Of a DNA stretch of 64,000 nt, positions 12,163-25,633 are shown in pieces. Where the stretch lies: contig NC_087437.1 of assembly GCF_036321535.1 (NCBI RefSeq), forward strand, positions 17,300,001-17,364,000, in the 5' to 3' direction. This stretch comes from Camelus dromedarius. Lineage: Eukaryota. The notes below the pieces were generated by a model. The model was not told the DNA's origin. It did no database searches and saw nothing but the letters and a program-made list of their open reading frames with translations. How positions within the stretch are numbered: the first letter of the stretch is position 1; each line of letters begins with the position of its first letter. The position numbers and the translations under genes are program-made.

Positions 12163-13560
12163 GTGACTATTCCTTAGCCAGATTGATGCACTGTAAAAAG
12201 GTAATAAAAAGCTGAGAGTGAAGACTGCAACATCTCCTTGGTAGGATACAAAATGGCTCTCATCTCTTGCAGTGGGAGAATAAACTAAAGAATAAACTCA
12301 GAGTGGCTAAGCTCCAAAGATTAAACTATTAGTCAAATCAGATATACTAAGCCAAGGTCAGGGTCCTGGTTGAGAAAGAATGTGGCTTGACACCTCAGAT
12401 AAGGATATTCCCAGAAGTGGCCCACCTCCTCTACTAAGACCTATCCCTTCCCTATTGTTCAGAGATGGTGCAAAGACTGCTTCCCATCGAGACAACAAGT
12501 GCCCTCCCTCCCAAGGTTTGTTCTCAGGTTGCCTTCTGTCCAGCAGGCCTTAACTGATGTTAAGTCTCAGTGTGCTGGATACAACAATGGAGGAAAGGAA
12601 TCCAAAGGAGCGTCAATATCTAGCCAGCATGAACTGAAAGAGTATGTGGAGGACTGAGTTTTGAGGATGCCTGATGAAAAGGAAGGAGACATCAGGATGG
12701 ATAAGGGAGAAATCAGATTTGGGAGCACTACCCTAGTACTCAGGATTTAACATCATAATAAATCCCCCAGGAGATAGTGTGAGTTTGCTACTAAGATGGT
12801 TTCTAGAAGCATGGAGAAAGTGACGGCCCATACAAAGTTGGGTTAAAATGCCATAATCGCCATGACAGACAGTGGGAGAAAGAACTTAAAGGATCAGACA
12901 GTTGGTTATGCTGGAGACCATATACTACGCAAAGATGAGACACTCACCAGATGATTAGTTTTCAGGAGGGCAGGAGGCTATACCATATGCAAGGACATAA
13001 GAAATGTACTGTTGTGAGGGGCACCAGGCTCATTAAGAAACTCAGTGGTGACTTTCTATAAGCCAGAAATGATGGTAAAGGAAACCATTAAAGAACTGGA
13101 TTTACTGATAACAATAGGGATAATAGGACTCCCAAAAGATAGAGGCCAGGTTGTGGTGTTTAATGGTCAGAAGCCAAGTTGGATGATTATTGGAATATAA
13201 ATTCAGAGGAGCAGCCAGTGGAAGTGACCTACACTGAATTATGGAGACAATTAATAGAATATGATGTCCCTAGAGGAAAAATAGATGGGTGGTCAATAAG
13301 TCAATACTACTCAATTTGTATCATCAGTTTAATTCAAAGATGCATAGCCATCTGAAACTGAAGCAGTCACCTTAATTAAAATCATGATTCCTTGCCAAGG
13401 TTTAAAACATGAATCTGTTTTTAGACCTGGAGCCCATTAACTCAAGAAGAGATCGGGTCCCTAGGAGGCAGGAGCCTGTAACACCACTGCAAATGCACGC
13501 AGTACTGATTTTCTTACTCTTTCCTCAAAGGTTGTTCCAGGACCCTTGGACCTAAGCCCA

Positions 13561-14240
13561 TTTACTCAGGTAACTGTGAACTGGGAAAGTAAGAATGCAT
13601 AAACATTTTGAGGACTGTTGATCATAGAATATGAATTGAGATTGATACTTAGAGGGGCCTGGTAATGAATGAAGTCCTGTCTAAGGTCCAGGTCACAGTG
13701 GGCCCAGTGGTCTATAGAGTTGCATGTTAATCATTTCCTCAGTCCTCAAATATATAATCAGAATAGATATACTTCACAGTTGGCACAACCCCCACATCAG
13801 GTCCTTGGCCTATGAGGTAACAGCTATCATAACGGGGAAGGCCAATTGGAAGCCTCTGAAACTGCCCCCTCCCCTAGTCAAGACAGACATTTTAAAAAGT
13901 ATTGCTGAAGTGGAATGATGAAAATTAGTGCCACTCCTAAAGATCTGCAGGATGCAGGGGTGGTGATCCCCATCGTACCTCCGTTTTATTCACAAGTCTG
14001 GTCCCTGCAAAAACCAGACTGATGCTGGAGAAAGATACAAGATACAAGATACAAGACTTTGCTAGAGCAGAATAACAGACACAGGTACATGGTATGCGAC
14101 CATTAAACTGACAAGTATGTCCTTTTCCATCTCTGTCAAAAAAGAGAATCAGAAACAGTTCTCATTTATATGTAATGGATAACAATATACATTTACATTC
14201 CTGCCCCAGGGCTATGTTAATTTTCCCACCCTCGGTAAAA
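13561..14240 (+). pseudogene. ERV-L protease and RT N-terminal remnants
   Basis: FTQVTVNW...GLLIIEYELRLI (decayed GLLDTGSELTLI) at 13561; DAGVVIPIVPPFYSQVWSLQKPD*CWR at 13951; GTWYATI...QYTFTFLPQGYVNFP at ~14085-14230; stops present. Confidence 0.85.
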
Positions 14241-14247
14241 ACATAGT

Positions 14248-14745
14248 TGTCAAGATCTGTGAAGGGTCTGAGATTTTACCCAATTTGCAATCTGACAAGT
14301 TAGCCTGACACTTTGTGAATGCTGGCAGAAAACATGAGACTCCTGGGTCAGAGTCTTCAGTGCTCACAGCACAGCAAGCAGCATGAGATTTACATGGGCA
14401 CTGGTTTCCCTTGTCCCCCAAGAACCACAAGGAAGATATTAGTGGTCTAGATAGAGTTGTACACCCAGTGGGTTTGCATCATGGCTGAGATACTATGAGT
14501 TTAGTGGACACAAAACTTTTACCAAACAACCTCCCCAAACTTTTCCCCAGAGGAAGGACATTATTGTATCGGACAGTAAAAAAAAAAAAAGCTGCCTTTT
14601 GTTTTGAAGAGAGATACCATCTCTATCTTCTAAGGTTGCTCCTATGCAAACATCCTTGAAAACATAGTTCAGAACAAAAGCTGTTTGCATCTGTACTCAA
14701 GACGTACAAAAACATAAGAGATCCATGGAAAATTGTCTCCCAACC
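14248..14745 (-). mobile_element. ERVL solo LTR (LTR47-like) nested in the provirus
   Basis: Reverse complement starts GTTGGGAGACAATTTTCCATGG and ends CAGATCTTGACA. Confidence 0.65.
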
Positions 14746-14931
14746 CTGAGCTCTACAAGATTGGAAGTACATATCTCCAAAGGAAACACAATTTTACCAG
14801 GGAACAGAGCAAGACTCTTACTGAGCTATGGCTGCCAACCTAAGGTCTTTGTGTTCTTTGACTTCAGGGACCAGCAGGCAAAAAGAGGAGTCATCATTCT
14901 GCCATTAGAAGGTTACACAGTGGAGGTATAG
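14746..14931 (+). pseudogene. ERV-L dUTPase remnant
   Basis: LSSTRLEVHISKGNTILPGNRARL...DQQAKRGVIILP resembles ERV-L dUTPase (LEVLVPKGGMLPPGD...QQAKKGVTVL). Confidence 0.7.
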
Positions 14932-15503
14932 AAGAACATATTTGGCATTCAGGTGATCCAATTGCACACCTCTTGGTGAACCTTGTCTAATTTTGACCAT
15001 AAATGGACTGGTGTAGCAATCTCAGCCCAAGAAGGGCATAGTGACCAGGGTTTATACCATTTAAGGTTGAATGTTTGGGTCATGCCACCAGCCCAGCAGA
15101 GGTGATAGTTGAGGGTAAGGGGAATCCAGAATGGATGGCGAAAGAGGGAGGCAACAAGTATTAGTTAAAGTCTGAGACTAACTGCAATGCCAGGGGTTGT
15201 AGTTTATGCATTAACCTTCCTTTCTAAAGTTTCCCACAGAAAAACAGGCCCACCCTAATCATGGTGTTTTGGCTCTGAGAACATATATAAAGAAGTACAT
15301 CTGAACAGAACAAGGGGTAGACTGTATACCAAACTTAGGTATATTTGCCCAACGCACAGCAAAGCCAATCTACTGACAATGGGTTGTGGTGAAGGAAAGT
15401 ACGGTATTTATTGCAAGGTGCCCAAGGGAGGGCCAAGCAAAGAGAATGGGCAGCTCTTGATCAAAAGACCCCAACTCTCTGATGGCTTTCAGGGAAGGTA
15501 TTT

Positions 15504-15827
15504 TGTTTTTTTTAAATTTAACTATAGTCAGTTACAATGCATCAATTTCTGGTGTACAGCATAATGTCCAAGTCATGCATCTATATACATATATTCATTT
15601 TCATATTCTTTTTCAGGATATAGCATATCCCTGTGCTATACAGAAGAAATTTTTTAAACCCATTTTTATATATAGTGGTTAACATTTGCAAATCTCAAAC
15701 TCCCAAATTTATCCCTTCCCACCCATTTTCTCCCAGTAACCATAAGATTGTTTGCTATGCCTGCAAGTCTATTTCTGTTTTGTAGATGAGTTGTTTAATG
15801 TCTCTCTTTCTTTCTTTCTTTTTCTTC

Positions 15828-15912
<85 letters not shown>

Positions 15913-15959
15913 TTCCTTCCTTCCTTCCTTCCTTCCTTCCTTCCTTCCTTCCTTCCTTC

Positions 15960-16005
<46 letters not shown>

Positions 16006-16162
16006 CTTTCTCTCTTTCTTTCTCTCTTTCTTTCTCTCTTTCTTTCTCTCTTTCTTTCTTTCTCTTTCTTTCTCTTTCTTTCTTTTCCTTTCCTTCTTTC
16101 ATTCCTTCCTTCCTTCCTTCTTCCTTCCTTCCTTCCTTCTTCCTTCCTTCCTTCCTTCCTTC

Positions 16163-16254
<92 letters not shown>

Positions 16255-16528
16255 TCGATTCCACATATGAGTGATATCATACAGTATTTTTCTTTCTCTT
16301 TCTGGCTTACTTCACTTAGAATGACAATCTCCAGGTCCATCCATGTTGCTGCAAATGGCATTATTTTATTCTTTTTTGTGGCAGAGTAGTATTCCATTGT
16401 ATAAATATACCACAACTTCTTTATCCAGTCATCTGTTGATGGACATTTAGGTTGTTTCCTTGTCTTGGCTATTGTATATAGTGCTGCTATGAACATTGAG
16501 GTGTATGTAATTTTTCAAATTAGAGTTC
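15504..16528 (-). mobile_element. Lineage-specific L1 3' end nested in the ERV1 LTR
   Basis: ORF 15795-16496 begins with the ORF2 C-terminus ([37 protein letters not shown]); imperfect TSD TCAGGGAAGGT / TCAGAGAAGGT. Confidence 0.88.
15800..16256. repeat. Compound (TTTC)n/(TTCC)n microsatellite
   Basis: About 450 bp of almost pure pyrimidine, directly visible. Confidence 0.98.
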
Positions 16529-17469
16529 TCAGAGAAGGTTTTTTAAAGACAAAATAAGGGAGAGAATCACAGGGTGCCTGATCAGCTCATTGACATTCTT
16601 CTGATTGGTTGGTGGTGAGGTAACCAGGTAGTATTTCAGGAATCTCAGTCATCAACCTTCCGGTTCTCACTGGTCTACGGTCTACATGCTGGTGGTCAGC
16701 ATGCAGTTAAGTTTTTCCACCTGGTGGGGGTTTTATTATCTGAAAAACAACTCAAGGATATGGCTCAAGATATTGTCTATAGCCCTTATGGAAGAACTAA
16801 AGGTCCTTGACTTCGCTTTATGTCTAAACTATTGTTATTTTGTTTTGCTTGACTAGTTTTCTTTGTTTCTGCATATTCTTACTTCTCTAATTAAACTTGC
16901 TCTTTGGAACTCAGGGAAGGCCTAGGAGACTAAAGTTTTTCTATAAATAAGAGGTAGAGGCCACAGGGTGGGGGGTTCTGTCCCCAGGAAAGCCCTGCAG
17001 GGTCCTGTTTGTTTTCAACTGTAGTAGACACTGTGATATGCTACCCAGATCCCTGTTTTGAAGGATATGTTACCCCAAATTCTGGGAATGCTATCAGCTC
17101 CTTCAGGAGTTGCCTCTGCTGCAAAGAGGCATGTGTCTTCCCAGGATGACCCGTGTCCAATGACTGATCAGTGCCAGGGTATAAAAGGCCTGGTCATCTC
17201 AGTCTAATTTGGGGTAACTCTTGGGGGTCATTTCAGCACCAGAATTCCTTGTGAGGTCAGCTGAGGCTCTCACTGGGCTTGCATTCCACTTTAACTTTTC
17301 CCTCTGTTCAATTCTGCTTCTTTCCTCTCCCTTCCACAGACTTTGATACCAAGGGCACTCCTTAATAAATGTCCTGCCAGTTAAAATTCATCTCAGAGTC
17401 TGCTTCCCAGGGGACCCAATCTGAGACAGCCATTTATAGTACATCCTTTTAATAGATTACTATGTACCT

Positions 17470-19060
17470 CTTAGAAAGATACTGTGCCTTAACTTAAACA
17501 AAATCAGGTTAATATGTACTAAGAAAAAGTCTGGATGTATACCTTAGTGTTAATGGTGAGTATCTCTGGATAGTGATTTTTACTTTCCTTTTTACAACTT
17601 CCCTGTATTTTAAAAATTTGTATATTTAGTATGTATTAATTTTATAATCAAAAAGTACAACAAAGCTATTTTCATTTTCAAAAATCAACTTTGTAGTAAA
17701 TAGAAAGTTTCTTTCACACCTGGGACAGTAAACTGGTGTAGACATTCTGAAAAATAACTTAATTCCCAGTAATTCTACTTTGAGGAATTTATCAGTAGAA
17801 AATTATTTAAAATGGAATTAATTAATGGAATTGAATATGTACAAAGATATTTATCACAGATTTACTTATATTAGTCAAAAAGAAAAAAATAAACAACATA
17901 AATGATCCACACGTGCACATGATATATGTATGTGTGAATGTAAATTTTATAGCCATTCAAAATATTCTTTGTCTTCAAAGATGTTCATTGACATGAAAAA
18001 TATTACAATATAATGGTACTAAATGGTAGAAATTAATATATAAGATTACATGGACAGTTTAATAATTTTGACATTATCCTGGGAAGTGTTTCTTATCAGC
18101 ATATATATACATGAATGTTTATGTATCTACACACACATACATATACTCTTACAAAGGAAATGACTGGGAGAAAATCTATTAAAATGTTAACAATAAATAT
18201 TTCTGAATATTGGAACTGCAGGTCCTTTTAAAAATCTTTAATCTTTTCTAATTTAAAAAAGTAATATACATGCACATGATTATTTAAAAAGAAAATTCCA
18301 AAATTACATTGCAAAAGAGTATATACAAGGAAAACTATACCTTCTTCATATCCAGACCTCCAAATCCCTCCACAGAGGAACCATTTTTACAGATTTCTTT
18401 TCTGGAATCAGACATAAGAAATATTTTGTGCCCATATTAGCATAAAGATATATAACTTCCCTTTTATACTTTTTAAATTTTTTACACAGATGAGAGCATA
18501 CTATTAACATTGTCCTACAGTATCTTTTTTCTCTAACAACTGAGCTTGGAGATTATTTATCTATACGCATCTACCTTCTTTCCAATGACTGAATAGTATT
18601 TCACAGTATAAATGTACCATGTGGACATTCAGGTTATTTTTAGTCTTTTAATGTTAAAATATTCTTATACATTCACCTTTTCATGCACATGGGGTACACT
18701 TGGAGTATAAATAGAATTACTAGGTCAAAAAGTATATGGACTTTACATTTGTATCATTAATTTCAATTGCCCTTTGAGGGAGTACCAATTTATATCCACA
18801 ATCTACCAAAAATCTAAGCAGAATGCAAAATTAAAAATGCATGCAATTTCATTTTTTCTAAAAAATGAAACTGTATGATATGGATAATACAAACACTAGA
18901 AGAAACTACACAAAAATGTTAACAGTGGATTTCTCAAGGTATCAGAATTACAGGTGGTATTTATTTTCTTCTCCATGTTCCTGTGCATGGTTCAGATTTT
19001 CTATAGTAAACATATACTGTTACAATCAGAGAAAAATAAACATGTTTTTAAAGTTAAACA
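17470..19060. mobile_element. Cluster of ancient L1ME-like 3' fragments in both orientations
   Basis: Repeated AAAATGTTAACAGTGG-type L1ME 3'UTR motifs. Confidence 0.5.
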
Positions 19061-19554
19061 ATATTGACTGTATTATACATTTTGATGTATTCATTTCTAG
19101 AAACTGAATAGCGTTGCAAACATCATTTTGAATGTTACCTCCGAGGCTATAAAATAATTGCATTTAATTTATGGCAATATACCATAAATGGGAGATGACT
19201 TATTAAAACACTAAGATTAATATTTAATTACTGAAAGAGAGCTATTAAAATAATTGCATCTAATTTTCACTACTGAAAAAATTCTTTTAACTTAAGGCTA
19301 AAGCACTGAATGATTCTTTTAACTAAATGGTTTCTGAGCACAAGTGCCATAGGCAGACGTCTAGAACTGGGAAGACACCATAAAAGCAAAGTCCAGGAGG
19401 CCTCCCACTGGAAAGAGTGAGGCCCAGGGTATCGGCATGTGCTTCCCAGAGGCTGAAACCAAGATGTATTGTTAAATTCTTAAAAAAAAAAGAATTTTCC
19501 TTTCGAAAAAAGGCTGGGAAAACCTTAGAATGGAGCAGTTCTCATAAGTCATGC

Positions 19555-19900
19555 TTTCATTCATTTAACAAAAATATCTGAGTGCCTACTGTATGTAAAG
19601 CACCATGTTAGGTGTTGGGGAGACAATGATGAACAGGATAGACAGTCCAGCCCTCTCAGAGATTTACATTCTAGCGAAGAATAAAAGTATTAAACAGCTA
19701 ATTATATAATAATTACTTACATAATAAACAACTAATCATATGACAACTAGGAGTATATCTATTCTAGTTGCTGTAAGTGCTATGAAAAAGTGCAAGATTC
19801 TATGAAGCCACATACGCAGGCACCTGACTGGTGTGAGGATTCTCTGAAAGGCAACTTCAAAGAAATGGTGCTTTAGGTGAGACCTGAAGAGCATGTGCTG
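19555..19900 (-). mobile_element. L2 3' fragment
   Basis: TTCATTCATTTAACAAAAATATCTGAGTGCCTACTGTATGT...TTAGGTGTTGGGGAGACA. Confidence 0.75.
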
Positions 19901-21408
19901 CTTTTAAGAGCTACTTGTGTACATGGCTTCTCAACTGTGTTCTGTGATGTCAAGTTGAAATTGGAATTTACACAGTGGATATTGACAAGTGCTACAACCA
20001 GTGATTCTCCCCAACTTCAACCCTTAGGAGCCAGTTGTTAAATTTACCAACATGCCACTGCTACTGATATGTTTTGCCAAGGCAAGGATTCAGCTGCTGG
20101 GCAGCAGATGCTGTCTGCACCCAAGAGGAGAGGTAGGGTGAGGAGGGTGAAGACAGTAGAATTGAGTATGTCTTTGAATTTAGTAAGAGATGTCACTTTA
20201 CTTTGTAAGGTCGAAAAGAAACTTGAGGCATGAGGAGAGCTTGTGGTCCCCACATGTCTACATAGACATGAGGCCCAAACTCCAGCATATAGAAGCTCGG
20301 AGTAAGAGTGGTGAACAAGAGCAAGCAACAGAAAGTTCTGCAGTAAAACACAACACAAAAGTGTAGTTATGTTTACTGTAAGTTTTCTAGTCAGTGGAAA
20401 TATCTGCCAGCTCTATATTGCATTTTCACTGGAAGCAAAGTTTATATGTCATTAAAAGTCAGAACAGTTTCTCAACTTTTCTTACCTCACTGACTATTTG
20501 TCTCCTTCAAGGTCTCACGTGTCTTGGCCACCTCTGAAATATGGATGTTGCCTCGGGTTGAGAATTGGGCTCGGTTTTTCTTCCCCACTACTTCTCATTT
20601 CTCTCCTTCACAGTTCCTTCACTCTCACACCATTAACAATGCAGAAAAAATCTCCAGATCTACCTCATTAGTTCTCACTTCTCCAAATACCTATATAAAA
20701 TATCCAGTTGTTTCTTGGAACATTGCCACCAAGATGTAACATCATAATCTTCAACTTAATGTGTCTCAAGCCAGAGTCACCCTCTCTCCCTTAAAATCAG
20801 TTCTTCAAATATATACATACAGGAAATCTTTAACCACAGTTGCTGATGAACCATGGGGTAAGGGATTAGGGCTTCAGAGTGGGGGAGATTCCTGATTTTC
20901 ATGTTAAACTTCTCTATGCTATTTTTACTTTTTATAAGGAGCATGTTTAATATCAAAGTAAGATTAATACAGAGGAGATCATATTTTAAACCCAGCCAGC
21001 TCTTCCTCCTGACTTAAGCTGTTGTGTTTCTGGGCCTGGTTCCCCATCCCTGGTCACCCGGACTCCTCCTCCTCCATGAATCTCCCTCTTCCAGATTTTA
21101 TTGAAGTGTCTGAGGTGATAAGCAAAGGTGTCACTTCCTATTGTGACAATAGCGAGGGATGATTAGAATGCAAACTAGAGAGGCTCAGGAAAAAATACCA
21201 TGATAAACTTAAATGGGATAGAGCTATGGACAGGAACTTAAGGTGGAAATTTTTGAAGTAACCATTGATTTTGATACTGTTATGGTGAAAGTTTACACCG
21301 ATTGGAGAAAGAAGAGACCAGCAAATTAGGTAGGCAGTAGGAATTGGCAGGTCAGAGGATCATGTGTTAGTTCCTGATTGGCATTAGGGTCAAGGCTGTC
21401 ATAATGGC

Positions 21409-22220
21409 AGAAGCAGATTTATAGTGAAATCATTAGAGCTTAAGCTTCAGAGACCCTGACATTCACACACACCTTCCAGAGCTCCAGGGAGAACCCCAGG
21501 AGTATATTCTAATTGTGATACATTTTTGTAAACTTTGCAAAAATAAGAGACTGACTTCTATTTTTAATTCTCCTGTGTCACACTTCTTGAATTGTATATT
21601 ACTGGAATGGCCATGTACATTTTAGGAAGTTGAGCTGGAGAAAAATTTAGTTTGGATTTAGTGAAATGTATTTATGTACCCATCAGTCAATTCCATATGT
21701 AGTAATTTATTACTTGCTGTCCTGGGTTAGAAATGGCTTCCACAAAAATTCCTATTGCCCAATATACTGACTTACCTGGGATCATGAAGTGAAGGTATAG
21801 GATTAGAGGATGGATTGCCTTACAAAGTTGTCCACAGAACCTGACAATAGAACTATGTGAGCAGTGGAAAGATGGTTTGAAATATATAAAGCCAGATGTT
21901 AACATGTGAAATATTTTAGCAATCATTACCCATGAACAATTGTAAGCAGATAATTCTATTCTCGTTCATGCCTTTGGGAATATACTTAGTAATACAACAA
22001 TTACAACTGTAAATAATTAATACATTATTAAACCTTTTTTGATGGGATTTCAATGAACTAGAATTTGTCAGGATTTCTGTATGTAACTTTCTGACTGATT
22101 TGATGCCACACATTGATATAGACGAAGACAATATAAAACTCAAAATGCACCACAGCTGGAACATTGACAATATACCAATGAGTGAGCATCATCAGCTCAA
22201 AAAATGTTTAAGATCAGTCC
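21409..22220. mobile_element. hAT-Tip100 DNA transposon relic (MER115/Zaphod-like)
   Basis: CAGAAGCAGATTTATAGTGAAATCATTAGAGCTTAAGCTTCAG start resembles the recalled consensus. Confidence 0.45.
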
Positions 22221-22221
22221 T

Positions 22222-22385
22222 TGTGTTAGTTTACTAGGGCTGCCATAGTCAAGTACCACAGCCTGGGTGGCTTAAATAACAGAAATTTATTTTCTTACAG
22301 TTCTAGTGGCTAACAGTCTGGGATCGAGGTGTTGGCAAAGTTTTTTCTCCTGAAGCCTCTCTCCCTAGTTTGTAGATGGCTATAG
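22222..22385 (-). mobile_element. MaLR (MLT1/MST) LTR fragment
   Basis: TGTGTTAGTTTACTAGGGCTGCCATA...AACAGAAATTTATTTTCTTACAGTTCT. Confidence 0.8.
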
Positions 22386-25254
22386 ATGGAAAAAGGGATT
22401 TTATAAAATCCAACACCCGTGTATGATAAAAAACGCTTAGCAAATTAGGAATAGAGGGAAACTTCCTTAATCTGAAAAAGACCATATATAAAAAACCTAC
22501 ACATGACATCATACTTAATGCGGAGTAATCCAAAGCTTTCCCATTAAGATCAGGAACAAAGCAAGGATGTTCCCTTTTATCAATTATTTTTGATTACTGG
22601 ATGTCCTGGCTAATGTAATAAGACAAGGCAAGAAAATAGAATGTACATAGCTTGGAAAGGAAAAAATAAAACCCTTTGTTCACAAATGAGATAATCATCT
22701 ATGTACCTGAAAGAATCAACCAAAAACCTCTTGGAGTAATATGCAATTATAGCAAGTTTGTAGGATACAAGATTAATATACAAAAATCAATCACTTTCCT
22801 GTATATCAGTGATGAACAAGTATAATTTGAAATTAAAAACATAATACTATTTACATTAGCACTCAAAAAATAAATAATTAAGTATAAATATGACAAAATA
22901 TAGGTAATAGCTATTTGAGAAAAACTATAAAACTCTGATGAAAGAAGTCCAAAAATAAATAAATAAATAAATGGAGAGCTATTCCATGTTCATGGAAAGA
23001 AAGACAATATTGTCAAGATGTCAGTTCTTCCCAACTTAATCTATAGATTCAACACAATCCCAATCAAATTCCAGTAACTTATCTTGTGGATACTGACAAA
23101 CTCATTCCAAATTTTATATGGGATGATGTTACCAAAATGGCAGTGTAGGAGACCCCAGCCTCTGTCCTCCCACAGAGATCAACAATTAGATGAGTATCCA
23201 CAAATAAAAACAGCTCTGGGAGAGCTTAGGATTCCATTTAAGAAACTTCAGCAACACAGTAGAACAAAAAATTTGAGGCTAACTCACAAAAAAGGAAGAA
23301 ATAACAGCTTCAGTTTGCCTGCATTATCCCATATCCCAGGCCAGCACTGCTCAGCTCCAAGGGGGAACTCTCCAGCTAGAAAGAATTCCTCTCACCAGTA
23401 AAGGGAAAGCAGGATGAACAACCAGCCTTTGAGGGCAATACACGAAGGACCTGCTTCAGTTTCACCCCACCTAGAGACCAGCAAGGCTGAGACATATAGA
23501 GATGTGTAGACATATAAATATGAAGACATATAGACATAGATATATAGAGTCAGCTGGGAACAGATGCTCCCAATATCAGCCATGTAGGGGGAGCCACTGC
23601 AGTTTCCAGTGACTATCTCTGCAGGGGGCCCCAGCAGCTTTTACCAACAAAGAAACCAAAGGCCAGCACAGCCACCGAGGACCCCCTGCAGATTTCAAAG
23701 GTTTTCACTCCACAGATTTTCACATTAGAAAACACCAGCTGCCTGAGTCTCTCCTAACTCCTTACCTTACCTCCTTTTCCCCAACCACCTCAGCCCAGGG
23801 TCCACACTGGTAGCTGGCCCCTGCCTCTGCAGCTGCATGAGTACAGAATGCCAGGCTAGCCCCCAGGGCTGACCTCGATAGCTGTGAGTGTGTCTGTGGT
23901 GAGACCCTGCAGCCACAGGGGTGCACACCAACAGGCAGGGTCTCCACAGCTGCTTGTTGACAAAGATCAAGCCCTGTCTTCTGTCATTGGCCTGCACTTC
24001 TGGGGTCACCTGCAGCTAGCCCTTCCAGCTGTGCAATCTGCACACTCTGACCCAACTCCTGAGATCAACTTCCACTTCTTTGTGCATGCCCATAAACTAT
24101 GTGGCCACAGGAGTACACTCTGACAGCCAGGGCCCCCACAGATGCTACTGTATCTGAAGTGGGCCCTGGTCCTTAGGTCTGGCCCTGGCCCTCACCACTT
24201 TGAGTGTCTGTAACCAGCCTCTGCCACTAAATAGGCACCTGCAGCTGGCCTCCACAGCCGAGTGTGTGCACACAACCAGCTCCAGCCACTACCAGTGCCT
24301 GCCCTGATCTCCAGCTGCTGGACCAGGGAATGCCCAACAGCCCATTCAGCCACTGTGGACTCTCCACAGCACTCACAAAAGACCACACAGTTGTCAGTAT
24401 TGTGGAGCCGAGCAGCCTGAGCCATTGTCATCAGACACACCAAGGACTTGGAGCTGCCACATGTTCATACACATGAAACCCTGCACCACTAGACCCTGGG
24501 TCACAGCATGCTTCTGTAACTCACCCACAGATGAACATCATTCCTTACCAAAGTCAGCCTATGAAGTCTAGAAGAGGTGACTTCTTTCTCAAATGTGTAG
24601 ACATCTATGAAAGGCTACAAGGATCACAAAGAATCAAGGAAACATGACACCACCCAAGGAACACAGTAACCGATCACAAAGAAATGGAGACGCATGAATT
24701 TCCTGACAAAGAATTCAAAATAACGTATCTAAAGATGCTCAAGAGCTACAAGAGAAAACAGATAAACAATTTAATGAAATTAGGCAAACAATACAAGAAC
24801 AAAATGAGAAGTTCAACAAAGGGATAGAAAAAAAAAAAAGAATCAAGCAGAAATTTTGGAATTGAAGAATTAAACTTAAGAACTACCTGAAGAATCCAAC
24901 AGAGAGCTTCCACAGTAGACTGTACCAAGCAGAAGAAAGAATCAGTGAACTTGAAGATAGATCATTTGAAATTATTTAGTCAGAGGAGTAAAAAGAAAAA
25001 GAATGAAAAGAAATGAAGAAAGCCTATGGGACCTATGGGACGCCATTAAGATAAACAATCATTGGAGTCCCAGAAGGGAGAGAGGGAGAAAGAGGTAGAA
25101 AGCTTATTTAAAGAAATAATGGCTGAAAACTTCTCAAACCTGGGGAGAAATTTGGAAATTCAATTTCATGAATCTAATAGGTCACCCCAAAATTTCTATC
25201 TAAAACAATCTTCTGCAAGACAAATTAGAATAAAATAGTCTAAAATCAAAGACA

Positions 25255-25309
25255 TTGACACAACATTGTAAACTGACTACACTTCAATAAACAAACAAAT
25301 ATATTTATA
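25255..25309 (+). mobile_element. 55-bp L1 tail micro-insertion
   Basis: TTGACACAACATTGTAAACTGACTACACTTCAATAAA; TSD AAAATCAAAGACA 25242-25254 / 25310-25322. Confidence 0.8.
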
Positions 25310-25492
25310 AAAATCAAAGACAAAGAAAGAATTTTTAAACAAGCAAGAGAGAGGAAAAAATATTCTCTTATACAAGGGAATCCTCCTAAGGCTATTAGTG
25401 GATTTCTCAGTGAAAACTTTGCAGGCCAGGAGAGAGGGGCATGATATATTCAAAGTGCTGAAAGAAAAAAACTGCCATACTTTACCTGACAG

Positions 25493-25633
25493 GGGCTGGG
25501 TATAGCTCAGTGGTAGAGCGCTTGCCCAGCATGCACAAGGTCTTCAGTTCAATCTCTAGTAACTCCATCAAATATATAAATGAATAAATAAATCTAATCC
25601 CCCAAAAAATGTTTTTTAAAAAAGGATAAAAGA
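25493..25633 (+). mobile_element. tRNA-derived SINE (camelid Vic-1-like)
   Basis: A box TAGCTCAGTGG, B box GTTCAATC, A-rich tail, 16-bp TSD with one mismatch. Confidence 0.9.

Larger units (their letters stand above)
15325..17017 (-). mobile_element. ERV1 solo LTR (LTR39/MER39-like), split by an L1
   Basis: 4-bp TSD ACTG (15321-15324, 17018-17021); the LTR sequence resumes at ~16530 after the L1. Confidence 0.75.
11106..17428 (+). mobile_element. Decayed ERV-L provirus (LTR16A / HERV16-like) with both LTRs
   Basis: Homologous TG...CA LTRs at 11106-11504 and 17020-17428; PBS-like TGGTGCCAGG 11507; PPT AAGGGGTAG ~15312-15320; internal pro, RT and dUTPase remnants. Confidence 0.88.

Noticed and set aside
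15752..16496. FLSF- and KERK-repeat ORFs (also 42457-42969 and 44682-45089)
   Set aside because: Translations of microsatellites
11101..17433. TSD for the ERV-L provirus
   Set aside because: The flanks TCTTC and GCCAT do not match, so a TSD cannot be supported
25493..25570. tRNA-like sequences (also at 34345, 37581, 38603, 60868)
   Set aside because: They have A and B boxes but also A-rich tails and TSDs, so they are SINEs, not tRNA genes
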